DNA from: an uncultured Candidatus Saccharibacteria bacterium
GTDB taxonomy: Bacteria > Patescibacteriota > Minisyncoccia > Minisyncoccales > CAZJYT01
Direction of reading: 5' to 3'
Assembly (NCBI GenBank): GCA_964552375.1
Contig: CAZKFX010000001.1
Coordinates: 3,929 to 67,928 of the forward strand
DNA: 64,000 bases
Made by a program: the position numbers and the translations under genes. Shown here piece after piece: positions 9,829 through 19,513 of the stretch. Position 1 is the first letter of the stretch. Each line of letters begins with the position of its first letter. The notes under the pieces are model-generated. The model had not been told where the DNA came from. It was given only the letters and a program-made list of their open reading frames with translations, and searched no databases.

Positions 9829-10863
9829 ATGTTTTATCAATGTCCAAAATGTAAAAATATCTGGCAATATTTTTTACCAAAGTGTCCTCATTGTTTTTTG
9901 GAATTAAAAAGAATTGAGTCTAAAAAAGCAAAGGTAATTTCTGTTTCAAAGGTTAATATTCCTTCTATTTTTCATTTAAAAGTTCCTTATTTCGTTTTGT
10001 TATTAGAAGACGAAAATAAAAATAAATGGCCTCAAAAATCAGAGAGAGAATATAAAATTGGAGAAAATCTAAATTATGAAACAAAAAAAGATAAAAATGC
10101 AGTTTCTATTTGGAAAATAAAATATGACATTTTAGAGGGAATTGAAAGGACAATAGAATTTTTAGGAGGAATTGAGCTTGGTTCAAATAGCAAAGTCTTA
10201 ATTTTACCTACTTTGAAAAAAGCTACTCATTCTTTTTTTGCTGAAAATACCTCAATTGAATTTTTAAATGCAACAATTGAATATTTAATAAAAAGAAAAG
10301 TTAAAAGAGAAAATATCAAAGTTTGTAGCCAGGTATTTGATGAAAGCGAAATTGAGGTTTTAACTAAAAAATCAGGATTTTTAAAAATTTGTCAAAAATT
10401 TAAGATTTGTCTTTTTGATTTATCAAAAGGAGAATTTATTGAAAAAAATGTGGGAAAATTTAGATTTTTTGTTTCAAAAGAGGTTTTTGAGTCAGATTTA
10501 ATTTTAAATTTACCAATTTTAAAAAAGAATGAGGCCTCTGCTACAGAGAATATTTTTAAATTTTTAAAAAGAGAAAATTATTTAGCTCTTTCATATTTGT
10601 ATTCTAAAAAAGAGATTTTTGAAAATTTAAAAAAGGTTTTACCAGAAATTTTAACAATCGGAGATGCCAATTTTGTCCAAGATGAAAATGGAATTGTCAG
10701 ATACTTTAATTTAATTTTCTGTTCTTTCAATGCCCAGAATTTAGATAGAGTTTTTTTAGAAGTTTTTAATTTTTCAAAATTGCCAGAGATATTAAAAAAT
10801 GTTAAATTAAATGAAATTGAAATTTTAGGAAGAAAAATTGAAGAAATAAAAATTTATCCCTAA
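9829..10863 (+). CDS. Zn-ribbon/OB-fold (DUF35-like) fused to DUF362-like domain
   Basis: CPKC-x10-CPHC then VPYFVLLLED (OB fold); remainder resembles DUF362 (IEFLGG...KVLILP, DLILNLPILK). Confidence 0.6.
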   Translation: MFYQCPKCKNIWQYFLPKCPHCFLELKRIESKKAKVISVSKVNIPSIFHLKVPYFVLLLEDENKNKWPQKSEREYKIGENLNYETKKDKNAVSIWKIKYDILEGIERTIEFLGGIELGSNSKVLILPTLKKATHSFFAENTSIEFLNATIEYLIKRKVKRENIKVCSQVFDESEIEVLTKKSGFLKICQKFKICLFDLSKGEFIEKNVGKFRFFVSKEVFESDLILNLPILKKNEASATENIFKFLKRENYLALSYLYSKKEIFENLKKVLPEILTIGDANFVQDENGIVRYFNLIFCSFNAQNLDRVFLEVFNFSKLPEILKNVKLNEIEILGRKIEEIKIYP

Positions 10864-10875
10864 AATGAAAATTTT

Positions 10876-11481
10876 ATGAGATTTTTGAAAAAAGAGACAG
10901 AAAGATTGACATTAATTGATTTTATTTTGCCAAAAATTGAAAATAAAACTTTGGCTTTATTAAAAGAAATTGTTTTGATTTTAAGCTTTGCTTTTTTGAC
11001 TGGAATTTGTGCCAAATTAAAAATTGAAATAGGTCTAGTTCCAATTACAATGCAAACTTTTGCGGTTTTGTTGAGTGGGGCTTTATTGGGAAAAATTAGA
11101 GGAGCTCTTTCTCAAATAACCTATCTTTTTTTAGGATTGGCAGGACTCCCTTTTTTTACCAGGGGTGGAGGACTATCTTACATTATGTCTCCTACCTTTG
11201 GTTATATAATCGGTTTTGTTTTAGCAAGTTTTTTTGTTGGTTGGCTTTGTGAAAGGGGATTTGATAGAAAAATTAAAACATTAATTTTTGCTATGATTTT
11301 AGGAAATTTGATTTTATATTTACCAGGATTGTTGTGGTTAGCAAAATTCATAGGATTTGAAAGAGTTTTAAAAGTTGGTTTTTACCCATTTTTAATTGGA
11401 GATGTTGTTAAAATTCTTTTAGTTTGTCTTTCTTTGCCATTTTTTTGGCAAGTTGTTAAAAAATATAAAAAAGAATTTTAA
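10876..11481 (+). CDS. bioY: Biotin transporter S-component BioY
   Basis: VPITMQTFAVLLSG, YLFLGLAGLPFF, SPTFGYIIGF, PFLIGD. Confidence 0.93.
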   Translation: MRFLKKETERLTLIDFILPKIENKTLALLKEIVLILSFAFLTGICAKLKIEIGLVPITMQTFAVLLSGALLGKIRGALSQITYLFLGLAGLPFFTRGGGLSYIMSPTFGYIIGFVLASFFVGWLCERGFDRKIKTLIFAMILGNLILYLPGLLWLAKFIGFERVLKVGFYPFLIGDVVKILLVCLSLPFFWQVVKKYKKEF

Positions 11482-11517
11482 TTGAAAGGTCGTTTTTTTT
11501 AAAAACCCTTTAAAAAA

Positions 11518-12255
11518 ATGAAAGGAAAAGTTGTTTTAATTACTGGATCTGCTCAAGGAATTGGAAAAGCCATTGCTTTAAAGTTTGCTAAATTTGGAGC
11601 GAAAATTGCTTTAAATGATATTTTATCTCAAAAAGAAAATTTAGAAAAAGTAAGAGAAGAAATAGAAAAATTGGGTAGTGAGGCGAAATGTTATTTTGGA
11701 GATGTTTCAAATTACAAAGAGGTAGAAGAAATGATACAGAAAATAGAAAAAGATTTCAAAAGGTTAGATGTTTTAGTTAATAATGCTGGAATTTGTCTTG
11801 ATAGAACTTTAGCTAAAATGTCTCCAAAAGAGTGGCAAAAGGTAATTGATGTTAATTTAACCGGGGTTTTCAATTGCACTAAAGCAAGTTTACCTTTGAT
11901 TTTACCCTGTCAAGGGACGATTATTAATATTTCTTCTATTGTCGGGGAAAGGGGAAATTTTGGACAGACAAATTATGCTGCTTCTAAAGCGGGAATTATT
12001 GGCTTTACAAAGGCTTTAGCTAAAGAACTCGGAAGATTTGGTGTAAGAGTAAATGTGGTTTCTCCTGGTTTTATTGAGACAAAATTGACTCAAAGTGTTC
12101 CTCAAGAAATTAAAAATTTTGTTTTAAAATTAACCTGTTTGGGAAGATGGGGAAAACCAGAAGAGGTAGCTAATGTTGTTTTCTTTTTGGCTTCAAAAGA
12201 AGCTAGTTTTATTACAGGAGCTGTGATTAATGTAGACGGGGGTTTGGCAATTTAA
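11518..12255 (+). CDS. fabG: 3-oxoacyl-ACP/acetoacetyl-CoA reductase (SDR)
   Basis: TGSAQGIG, VNNAG, GNFGQTNYAASKAG, VDGG. Confidence 0.8.
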   Translation: MKGKVVLITGSAQGIGKAIALKFAKFGAKIALNDILSQKENLEKVREEIEKLGSEAKCYFGDVSNYKEVEEMIQKIEKDFKRLDVLVNNAGICLDRTLAKMSPKEWQKVIDVNLTGVFNCTKASLPLILPCQGTIINISSIVGERGNFGQTNYAASKAGIIGFTKALAKELGRFGVRVNVVSPGFIETKLTQSVPQEIKNFVLKLTCLGRWGKPEEVANVVFFLASKEASFITGAVINVDGGLAI

Positions 12256-12257
12256 AA

Positions 12258-13421
12258 ATGGAAAAAATTTATCAAACAATTATTATTGGAGCAGGTCCTG
12301 CCGGTTTAACAGTGGGAAGATATTTGGATTCTGCTTTGATTTTAGAACAAAAAAAAGAAATTGGTCAAAAAGTCCAATGCGCTGAAGGTTTGGCAAAAGA
12401 ATTTTTAGAAAAATTGGAAATTTTACCCCAATCAGAGTGGATTTGTAGTTTTATTGATAAAACTCAGATAATTTTTCCTAACAAAAAAAGCTTCTTTTTA
12501 AAAGAAAAAGAAGGGCTTTATATTTTAGATAGAATAAAATTTGAAAAATTTTTGGCAAGTCTTTGTAGGGCTAAAATTTTATTAAAAAAGAAAGTAGTAG
12601 ATGTAGAGAAAAAAAATGATTTTTTTGAGTTAAAAACCCAAGACAAAGAAACCTTTAAATGTAAATATTTGGTAGGAGCTGATGGTCCTTTTTCTATTGT
12701 TAGGAGAAAAATTTTTAAAGAAAAAATTGATTATTTACCTTGTGTAGAATATTTAGTGAAATTAGAAAGAAAGGTAGAGAAAGATACAATAAAGATGTTT
12801 TTTGATAATGAAAGATTTCCTTTTGGTTATGCCTGGATATTTCCAAAAGGTGAAAATTTAGCTAATATTGGTTTTGGAGCAAAAAGTGCTTCACTTAGAG
12901 AAACTTTTGAAAATTTTATGAAAGAGGTGGAAAAAGAATATGGAAAATATCAACTTTTAAAAGATCAAAGTGGAGTAGTTCCGTTTTTAAAAAAACCTTT
13001 CAAGCCAATTAAAGAAAATGCTTTTTTAATTGGAGATGCAGGAGGTATGGTAGATCCAATTACCGGTGGAGGAATAGGAAATGCAATGATTGCTGGCAAA
13101 GAATTGGCTCAATGTATTATTAAAGAGGATTTTTCTCCCTTTTTAGAAAAGATTAAAAAATTAAGTTGTTTTAGTGAAAGTTTGTTTTCTTTGAGAGAAA
13201 TTTTAGCTTCTTTGGAAAATAACACCTTAAATGAGATAGGAGAGATATTAGAATATTATAAAGAATCTCCTTTTTCTCTTTTTAAAAAGAGTTTTTCTTT
13301 GAAGGTTTCTGTTTTAATTAAAAGTTTATCAAAGCCTTATTTAAGAAAGAACATTTTTAAATTTTTAAAAATGTTTTTTTTGTATAAAAATTATCTTTCT
13401 GAAAAAAAATATGGAGCTTGA
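12258..13421 (+). CDS. Geranylgeranyl reductase family FAD oxidoreductase
   Basis: GAGPAG, QCAEG, GADG, PFGYAWIFPK, GDAGGMVDPITGGGI. Confidence 0.85.
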   Translation: MEKIYQTIIIGAGPAGLTVGRYLDSALILEQKKEIGQKVQCAEGLAKEFLEKLEILPQSEWICSFIDKTQIIFPNKKSFFLKEKEGLYILDRIKFEKFLASLCRAKILLKKKVVDVEKKNDFFELKTQDKETFKCKYLVGADGPFSIVRRKIFKEKIDYLPCVEYLVKLERKVEKDTIKMFFDNERFPFGYAWIFPKGENLANIGFGAKSASLRETFENFMKEVEKEYGKYQLLKDQSGVVPFLKKPFKPIKENAFLIGDAGGMVDPITGGGIGNAMIAGKELAQCIIKEDFSPFLEKIKKLSCFSESLFSLREILASLENNTLNEIGEILEYYKESPFSLFKKSFSLKVSVLIKSLSKPYLRKNIFKFLKMFFLYKNYLSEKKYGA

Positions 13422-13908
13422 TAAAGAACAGATAAAAAAGATTATTCCTTACAAAGAACCCTTTTTATTTGTAAGTGGAGTAGAGAAAATAGATGAAAGA
13501 AAAATTTTTGGTTTTTATCAGACCTCTCCAAATGATTATTATTTCCAGGGTCATTTTGTTGATTTTAAAATTATGCCTGGGGCTTTAGTATTGGAAGGCT
13601 TGGGGCAAATTTCAACAATTTTGTTGAGAAAAAAAATAGGCCCTTTTCATAAAAATTATCATTTTTTAGCTTATGAAGTAAGGGGTTGCCAATTTTTAAG
13701 ACCAATTTTTCCTGGTGACAGAATTGATTTGGTGGCTGAAATTTTGGCAATTTATGATATTCCAAATTCAAAAAATAAAATTTCAAGAATAAAAGCTAAA
13801 GCTTTTGTAGAAAATGAATTAAAGGTCGAAGCAAGGTTTCAAATTTTCATTGTAGATAAAAAAGAATTTGAGAGAAAATATGTTAATTTTGAGCCAAAAA
13901 GAAGTTAA
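13411..13908 (+). CDS. fabZ: 3-hydroxyacyl-ACP dehydratase (hot-dog fold)
   Basis: YFQGHF...IMPGALVLEGLGQ (His/Glu dyad), FLRPIFPGD. Confidence 0.82.
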   Translation: MELDKEQIKKIIPYKEPFLFVSGVEKIDERKIFGFYQTSPNDYYFQGHFVDFKIMPGALVLEGLGQISTILLRKKIGPFHKNYHFLAYEVRGCQFLRPIFPGDRIDLVAEILAIYDIPNSKNKISRIKAKAFVENELKVEARFQIFIVDKKEFERKYVNFEPKRS

Positions 13909-14857
13909 AAAGATTTTGCCTTTAAAAGAGATTAAAAAAGTAATCAAAGTAGTAGAAAAAGCATTTTATGATTATGGAAAAGGAAAGGTTCAAATGCCAG
14001 CCAAGCTCTATTTGGATTTTAAAAAATTTAACGGAGACTTAAGGATAATGCCTTCTTTTTCTGAGGCATTAAAGATGGCTGGAACCAAAATTGTAAATGT
14101 TCATCCAGGTAATCCAAAGAAAGGTTTAAATTCAGTAATGGCAGTAATTGTTTTAAATGATCCCAAAACTGGTCTTCCTTTGGCTTTAATGGATGGAACT
14201 TGGATTACCGCTTTGAGAACTGGAGCTGCTTCAGCAGTGGCAACAAAATATTTAGCAAACAAAAAAGCAAAAAGTTTAGGAGTAGTAGGAGCTGGTTTTC
14301 AGGCAATTACTCAAATTTGTGCCATTTGCCAGGTGAGAAAAATAAAAGAAATTTTGGTTTATGATGTTTCAGAAAAAGCCATTGAAAGATTGAAAAAGAT
14401 TTTAGCTAAAGAGAATATTAAAATTGAAAAAGGAGATTTAAAAGAGGTATGTCAAAAAGAAATTTTAGTTACCGTGACTCCTGAAAGAAAACCTATTGTA
14501 AAAAATGATTGGATATTGCATGGCACTCATATTAATGCCATTGGCGCTGATGCTGAGGGTAAAGAAGAATTGGAACCTGAAATTTTAAAGAGATCAAAAA
14601 TTGTTGTAGATTGCTTTGAACAAGCAAGTCACTCTGGAGAAATCAATGTGCCACTATCAAAAGGAATAATTTCAAAAAAAGAGATATTTGGAGAGTTGGG
14701 TGAGGTAGTTTCTCAAAAAAAGGCAGGAAGAGAAAATGAAAAAGAAATTACCATTTTTGATTCAACTGGATTGGCTATTCAGGATTTATATACTGCTAAT
14801 TTAGTTTATAAAGAGGCCAAAAAGAGAAAAATTGGAAGAGAGATAAAAGTAATATAA
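13880..14857 (+). CDS. Archaeal-type alanine dehydrogenase / ornithine cyclodeaminase (mu-crystallin family)
   Basis: GDLRIMP, KIVNVHPGN, TALRTGAAS, HINAIGAD, FDSTGLAIQD; start at ATG 13880. Confidence 0.88.
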   Translation: MLILSQKEVKKILPLKEIKKVIKVVEKAFYDYGKGKVQMPAKLYLDFKKFNGDLRIMPSFSEALKMAGTKIVNVHPGNPKKGLNSVMAVIVLNDPKTGLPLALMDGTWITALRTGAASAVATKYLANKKAKSLGVVGAGFQAITQICAICQVRKIKEILVYDVSEKAIERLKKILAKENIKIEKGDLKEVCQKEILVTVTPERKPIVKNDWILHGTHINAIGADAEGKEELEPEILKRSKIVVDCFEQASHSGEINVPLSKGIISKKEIFGELGEVVSQKKAGRENEKEITIFDSTGLAIQDLYTANLVYKEAKKRKIGREIKVI

Positions 14858-14900
14858 AATTTTGATTTTAAAAAAAATTTATTTAAAATAAAATTTTATT

Positions 14901-14974
14901 GGGCCGATAGCTCAGCCTGGTAGAGCGTCGCATTTGCAATGCGAAGGCCTGGGGTTCGAATCCCCATCGGTCCA
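14901..14974 (+). tRNA. tRNA-Ala(TGC)
   Basis: Cloverleaf with acceptor GGGCCGA/TCGGTCC and G3:U70; anticodon arm TCGCA-TT TGC AA-TGCGA; GTTCGAATC; CCA not encoded. Confidence 0.97.
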
Positions 14975-14978
14975 TAAA

Positions 14979-16139
14979 ATGTCTTTGACTAAAATTGTCG
15001 CCACAGTAGGTCCTGCAACAGAGAAAGAAGAGGTACTCTCTCTTTTATTAAAAAACGGAGTGAGTGTTTTTAGATTTAATTTAAAATATAATACTCCTCG
15101 CTGGCACAAAAATTTAATTCAAAAAATAAGAAAAATTTCAAGAAAGATAGAAAAACCGGTTTCTATTTTGTTAGATTTTCCAGATTTAAAAGGAAAAACC
15201 CAAAAAGAAAAAATTAGATTTATTGAAAATTATTTAGAAAATTTACCCCAAAAAGAAATTGATTTTTTGGCAGTTTCTTTTGTTAGAAAAAAAGAAGATA
15301 TTGAGGTATTTGAAAGAGAAACCAAAAGATTTTCTCTGAGTTCAAAAATTTTTGCCAAAATAGAAGCAAAAGAATCTTTAGAAAATTTTGAAGAAATTTT
15401 AGAAAGCTCAATTGGGATTATGATAGCCAGAGGAGATTTAGGAGTAGAAATTCCTTTAGAAAAAGTGCCTTATTTTCAAAAAAAAATTATTAGAAGATGT
15501 GTCCAGGTGGGAAAACCAGCTATTGTGGCAACTCAAATGCTAAAATCAATGGTTAAAGAACCCTTCCCAACCCGCGCAGAAGTTTCAGATGTTGCCAATT
15601 CTGTTTTAGATTATACAGATGCGGTAATGCTTTCAGAAGAGACAGCAATAGGTAAATACCCAGTAGAAGCAGTAAAAATTATGAAAAAAATTTGTAGTTT
15701 TTGGGAAAAAAAGAGAGCTTTTTTGTCTTGGAATGTAGAAATCAAAAATCAAACTTCTGCCATTTGCTATTGTGCCTACCAGCTTTGGAGAAATTTTGAG
15801 TGCCAAAGAGAAAAAATTAAAGCTTTTGTAGTTTTGACCAAAAAAGGAATGTCAGCTCATATGCTTTCTCGCTTGAAACCCAAAATTCCAATTTTCGCTT
15901 TAACTCCAGATGAAAAATTAAAAGATAGATTATGTGTTTTATATGGTGTTTTTCCTTTAATTTTCAAGAAAAATAGAAATTTTTATCAAAAAAAAGATTG
16001 GCAAAATATAAAGGAAATTTTGAGTTATTTAAAAAAGAAAACTTTCCTTAAAAGCAAAGACAAAGTTATTTTAGTTTATGCTGAAGACTGGAAAAAATTT
16101 GGAAGGGCAAATGTTTTGAGAATTCAAAAAATTCCTTAA
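14979..16139 (+). CDS. pyk: Pyruvate kinase lacking most of the B (lid) domain
   Basis: TKIVATVGP, AKIE, MIARGDLGVE, ATQML.SM, PTRAEVSDVAN, DAVMLSEETA; ATG lies 4 nt after the tRNA. Confidence 0.92.
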   Translation: MSLTKIVATVGPATEKEEVLSLLLKNGVSVFRFNLKYNTPRWHKNLIQKIRKISRKIEKPVSILLDFPDLKGKTQKEKIRFIENYLENLPQKEIDFLAVSFVRKKEDIEVFERETKRFSLSSKIFAKIEAKESLENFEEILESSIGIMIARGDLGVEIPLEKVPYFQKKIIRRCVQVGKPAIVATQMLKSMVKEPFPTRAEVSDVANSVLDYTDAVMLSEETAIGKYPVEAVKIMKKICSFWEKKRAFLSWNVEIKNQTSAICYCAYQLWRNFECQREKIKAFVVLTKKGMSAHMLSRLKPKIPIFALTPDEKLKDRLCVLYGVFPLIFKKNRNFYQKKDWQNIKEILSYLKKKTFLKSKDKVILVYAEDWKKFGRANVLRIQKIP

Positions 16140-16143
16140 AAAT

Positions 16144-17310
16144 ATGGATTTAGAAAAAATAAAAAAAATAAATGTAAAAATAATTGGAATTGGTGATGGA
16201 GGAGCGAATATAGTCTGTGAAGTTTCTCAAAAAATTAAAAAAACAAATTTTTTAATAGTAAACGGTAAAGGACAATTTTTAAAGAAAATTCCAAAAAATG
16301 TTGAAAGGTTTGAGTTAAAAGGAAAAATTCCTCTTGAAAGTGATTTTGAAGGAGTTGAAAAATTAGTTAGAGAGAATGAAGAGAAAATTAAAAAGGTTTT
16401 GAAAAATGTTGATTTAGCAATTTTTATTATTTGTTTAGGAGGAGCAACAGGTTCTGGGGCAGGTTTTGTTTTTTCTGAAATTTCTCAAAGACTGGGAAAC
16501 TTAAATTATGGAATTTTTACTCTTCCTTTTAAATTTGAAGGAAAGAAAAAAAGAGAGATTGCAAGTTTTGCCTTTCAAAAAATAAAAGAGAATTTTCATT
16601 CTTTTTCAATAATTGAGAATGATAAAATTTTTCAGTTAGTTGACAAAAGTGTCTCTTTGAAAAATGCCTTTTCTGAATTAAATAAAATTTTAGCTAAAAA
16701 TATTCAGGGTTTGATTGAATTGATTTTCCAACCTTGTCTTATCAATATTGATTTTGCAGATATAAAAAGTGTCTTGACGGGAAGGGGTAAATTAGTTTTT
16801 TTAAACAGTGCCAAGGCTAAAGATAAAAACAGAGCAAAAGAAGCACTTGAGAAAGTTTTAAAATGCCCTCTTTATTCTTATAATATTGACAAAGCAAAAG
16901 AAGTTTTATTTAATATTGCTGGTGGTAAAGACTTGACATTAACAGAGGTAAGAGAAATTTCAGAAAAAATTTCTCAAATTTCAAAGAGCAACAAAATTAT
17001 TTTTGGAATTTGTGAAAAAAAAGATCTCCAAAATCAAATTGAACTTACTCTTTTAGCTTCAGGTTGCCAGGCTTTAAATTTTGATTTTTTGAACCTTTCT
17101 CAAAAAGAAGAACCTTTGCCAATTTTGACTAAAAATCAAAAAAATCAAAAAAAGCAAAAAAAAGAAAATTCAAATGAAATTAGGAAAAATGCCCTTCAGG
17201 TAAAAGAAGAGATAAAAAAAATGGAAAAAGAAATGTTAGAAAAAGAAAAATTTTGGGAAATTCCCGCTATTTTTAGACAAAAAAAGAAAAAAAATGCAAA
17301 AAATATATAA
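16144..17310 (+). CDS. ftsZ: Divergent FtsZ paralogue (eroded GTP pocket, intact T7 loop, C-terminal peptide present)
   Basis: GIGDGGAN, GGATGSG, PFKFEG, LINIDFADI, IIFG, tail WEIPAIFRQKK. Confidence 0.85.
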   Translation: MDLEKIKKINVKIIGIGDGGANIVCEVSQKIKKTNFLIVNGKGQFLKKIPKNVERFELKGKIPLESDFEGVEKLVRENEEKIKKVLKNVDLAIFIICLGGATGSGAGFVFSEISQRLGNLNYGIFTLPFKFEGKKKREIASFAFQKIKENFHSFSIIENDKIFQLVDKSVSLKNAFSELNKILAKNIQGLIELIFQPCLINIDFADIKSVLTGRGKLVFLNSAKAKDKNRAKEALEKVLKCPLYSYNIDKAKEVLFNIAGGKDLTLTEVREISEKISQISKSNKIIFGICEKKDLQNQIELTLLASGCQALNFDFLNLSQKEEPLPILTKNQKNQKKQKKENSNEIRKNALQVKEEIKKMEKEMLEKEKFWEIPAIFRQKKKKNAKNI

Positions 17311-18169
17311 AATTTTTAAAAAAGTTTACAAAAAAAGAAATCCCCTATCTAAAAAATACGATTTTGGGTTATTATTGATTATTGGAGGTTCAAAATTTTA
17401 TTCTGGTTCTCCAGCTTTTTCTGCAATGTCGGCTTTTAGGGCAGGTATTGATATGGTGCATATTTTAGCTCCAAAAAGAGCTTCAGACATTTGTGCTTCT
17501 TTTTCACCAAATATTGCTTCTCTTCCTTTGGAGGGAGATTTTTTAAATCAAAATCATTTACCCTTACTTTTTTCAATGACTCAAAATGCCCAAAAGGTAG
17601 CTCCAGGAAAGGTGGCGGTTGTAATCGGAGGAGGAGTGGGAAGAGAAAAAGAAACCCAAAGAGCAATTTTGGATTATCTTTCTCAAATCTCTTTACCTGT
17701 AGTAATTGATGCAGATGCCATTTATGCTGTTTGTCAAAAAAAAGAAATATTAGCTCAAAAAAATTTTTTAATTACTCCTCATGCTTTTGAATTTTTTGCA
17801 TTGACAGGAAAAAAAGTTTATAATTTATCTTTAAAAGAAAAAATAGCCATAGTAAAAAAAGAAGCCGAAAAATTAAAAACTACAATTTTATTGAAGGGAG
17901 ACAAAGATATAATTTCTGATGGAGAGAGAGTAGAAATTAACAAAACTGGAAATGCATTTCTAACAGTAGGAGGGACAGGTGACACTTTAGCAGGAATAGC
18001 AGGAACCCTTTTGGCTAGAGGTCTTTGTCCTTTTGAGGCAGGATTGTTATCAGCTTATATCAATGGATTGGCAGGCGAAATTGCTAGTAAAAAATTGGGA
18101 GAATCTTTAACCGCTACTGATTTAATTGAGGCAATTCCTTTAGCTTTAAAAAAAATAAAAAAATTATGA
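17294..18169 (+). CDS. nnrD: ADP-dependent NAD(P)H-hydrate dehydratase
   Basis: [37 protein letters not shown]. Confidence 0.9.
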   Translation: MQKIYKIFKKVYKKRNPLSKKYDFGLLLIIGGSKFYSGSPAFSAMSAFRAGIDMVHILAPKRASDICASFSPNIASLPLEGDFLNQNHLPLLFSMTQNAQKVAPGKVAVVIGGGVGREKETQRAILDYLSQISLPVVIDADAIYAVCQKKEILAQKNFLITPHAFEFFALTGKKVYNLSLKEKIAIVKKEAEKLKTTILLKGDKDIISDGERVEINKTGNAFLTVGGTGDTLAGIAGTLLARGLCPFEAGLLSAYINGLAGEIASKKLGESLTATDLIEAIPLALKKIKKL

Positions 18170-18537
18170 TTCAAAAGATGACAAAATTAAAAGTGATAGA
18201 TAATACTGGAGCCAAAGTTATCCAGTGTATTCAAATTTTGGGAGGCTCTAAAAGAAGATATGCGAGATTGGGAGATGTAATTGTTGGAGTAGTAAAAGAA
18301 GCAGAGCCAAGGAGAATAGTTAAAAAACACGATATTGTTAGGGCAGTAATTGTTAGACAAAAAAAGCCTTTTAGGAGAAAAGATGGTTCTTATATTCGCT
18401 TTGATGATAATGCCTGTGTGATTTTAGAGGGAAAAACAAAAGCACCAAAAGGTGGAAGAATTACAGGTCCTATTGCCAGAGAGGTAAAAGAAAAAGGTTT
18501 TGATAAAATTGCTGCTTTAGCTCCAGCAATTTTGTGA
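18166..18537 (+). CDS. rplN: 50S ribosomal protein L14
   Basis: DNTGAK...[14 protein letters not shown]...GPIARE. Confidence 0.98.
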   Translation: MIQKMTKLKVIDNTGAKVIQCIQILGGSKRRYARLGDVIVGVVKEAEPRRIVKKHDIVRAVIVRQKKPFRRKDGSYIRFDDNACVILEGKTKAPKGGRITGPIAREVKEKGFDKIAALAPAIL

Positions 18538-18540
18538 ATT

Positions 18541-18861
18541 ATGAAAATTAAAAAAGGAGACAAAGTAGTAGTTATTGCAGGAAAATACCGGGCAAAGACT
18601 GGAAAGGTAATAAAAGTTATCCCCAAAGAGAAAAAAGTGATAGTTGAGGGAGTAAATTTAGTAAAAAAACATATAAAACCAAAAAGAGAAGGAGAAAAGG
18701 GCCAAATTATTCAAACACCAGCTCCTATTGATGTGTCTAATGTAAAATTGCTTTGTCCAAAATGTGGAAAGGCTACAAGGGTAGGATATAAAATTGTTTT
18801 TGATGAAAATAAAAAAAGACAAAAAATTCGGATTTGTAAAAAATGCAAATCAGAGATATGA
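18541..18861 (+). CDS. rplX: 50S ribosomal protein L24
   Basis: KIKKGDKVVVIAGK, VEGVN, APIDVSNV. Confidence 0.98.
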   Translation: MKIKKGDKVVVIAGKYRAKTGKVIKVIPKEKKVIVEGVNLVKKHIKPKREGEKGQIIQTPAPIDVSNVKLLCPKCGKATRVGYKIVFDENKKRQKIRICKKCKSEI

Positions 18862-19415
18862 TGAAACTGAAAGAAAAATATCAAAAAGAAGTAATTCCAA
18901 AGATGATGGAAAAATTTGGCTACAAAAATAAAATGGCAGTGCCAAAGATTGAAAAAGTAGTCGTAAATGTGGGTTTTGGAAAATTGGTTTCAGATAAAAT
19001 CCCTAAAGAAAAAGAAAAAATTTATCAGCAAATTTTGGAAGATTTAGCCTTAATTTGTGGTCAAAGACCTATTTTAACTAAAGCAAAAAAATCAATTTCA
19101 GGATTTAAATTAAGGAAAGGAGAATCCATTGGGGCTAAGGTTACCTTGAGAAAAGATAGAATGTATGATTTTTTAGAAAGGTTAATTCATATTGCTTTGC
19201 CCAGAACAAGAGATTTTAAGGGAATTTCACCAAAATCTTTTGATAAAAATGGTAATTTAACTATTGGAATAAAAGAACATATTGTTTTTCCGGAAATTTC
19301 TCCAGAAAAGGTAAAGGAAATTTTTGGTTTAGAAATTACTATTTGCACTACTGCTAAAGAAAGAGAAGAAGGAATACATCTTTTAAAATTTTTGGGTTTT
19401 CCTATAAAAATGTAG
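18858..19415 (+). CDS. rplE: 50S ribosomal protein L5
   Basis: VPKIEKVVVNVG, KSISGFKLR, ALPRTRDFKG, FDKNGN. Confidence 0.98.
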   Translation: MMKLKEKYQKEVIPKMMEKFGYKNKMAVPKIEKVVVNVGFGKLVSDKIPKEKEKIYQQILEDLALICGQRPILTKAKKSISGFKLRKGESIGAKVTLRKDRMYDFLERLIHIALPRTRDFKGISPKSFDKNGNLTIGIKEHIVFPEISPEKVKEIFGLEITICTTAKEREEGIHLLKFLGFPIKM

Positions 19416-19431
19416 TATAATATTTAAAAAT

Positions 19432-19507
19432 GGCGGTCGTAGCTTAATTGGCTAAAGCGCCTCGCTGTGGCCGAGGAGATCTGCGGGTTCGAGTCCCGCC
19501 GACCGCC
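19432..19507 (+). tRNA. tRNA-His(GTG)
   Basis: Encoded G-1, acceptor GCGGTCG/CGACCGC, anticodon arm CCTCG-CT GTG GC-CGAGG, C73; TATAAT at 19416-19421 upstream. Confidence 0.97.
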
Positions 19508-19513
19508 CAAAAT

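Noticed and set aside
13821-13828. AAAGGTCG inside fabZ
   Set aside because: It is 51 nt from the next start and explained by the codons LKVE; not counted as a leader motif.
14934-14978. N-terminal extension of pyk in the ORF track
   Set aside because: It lies inside tRNA-Ala; homology starts at the ATG at 14979.
16144-17310. FtsZ-B as a pseudogene
   Set aside because: The ORF is uninterrupted and full length, with the T7 loop and C-terminal peptide selectively preserved.
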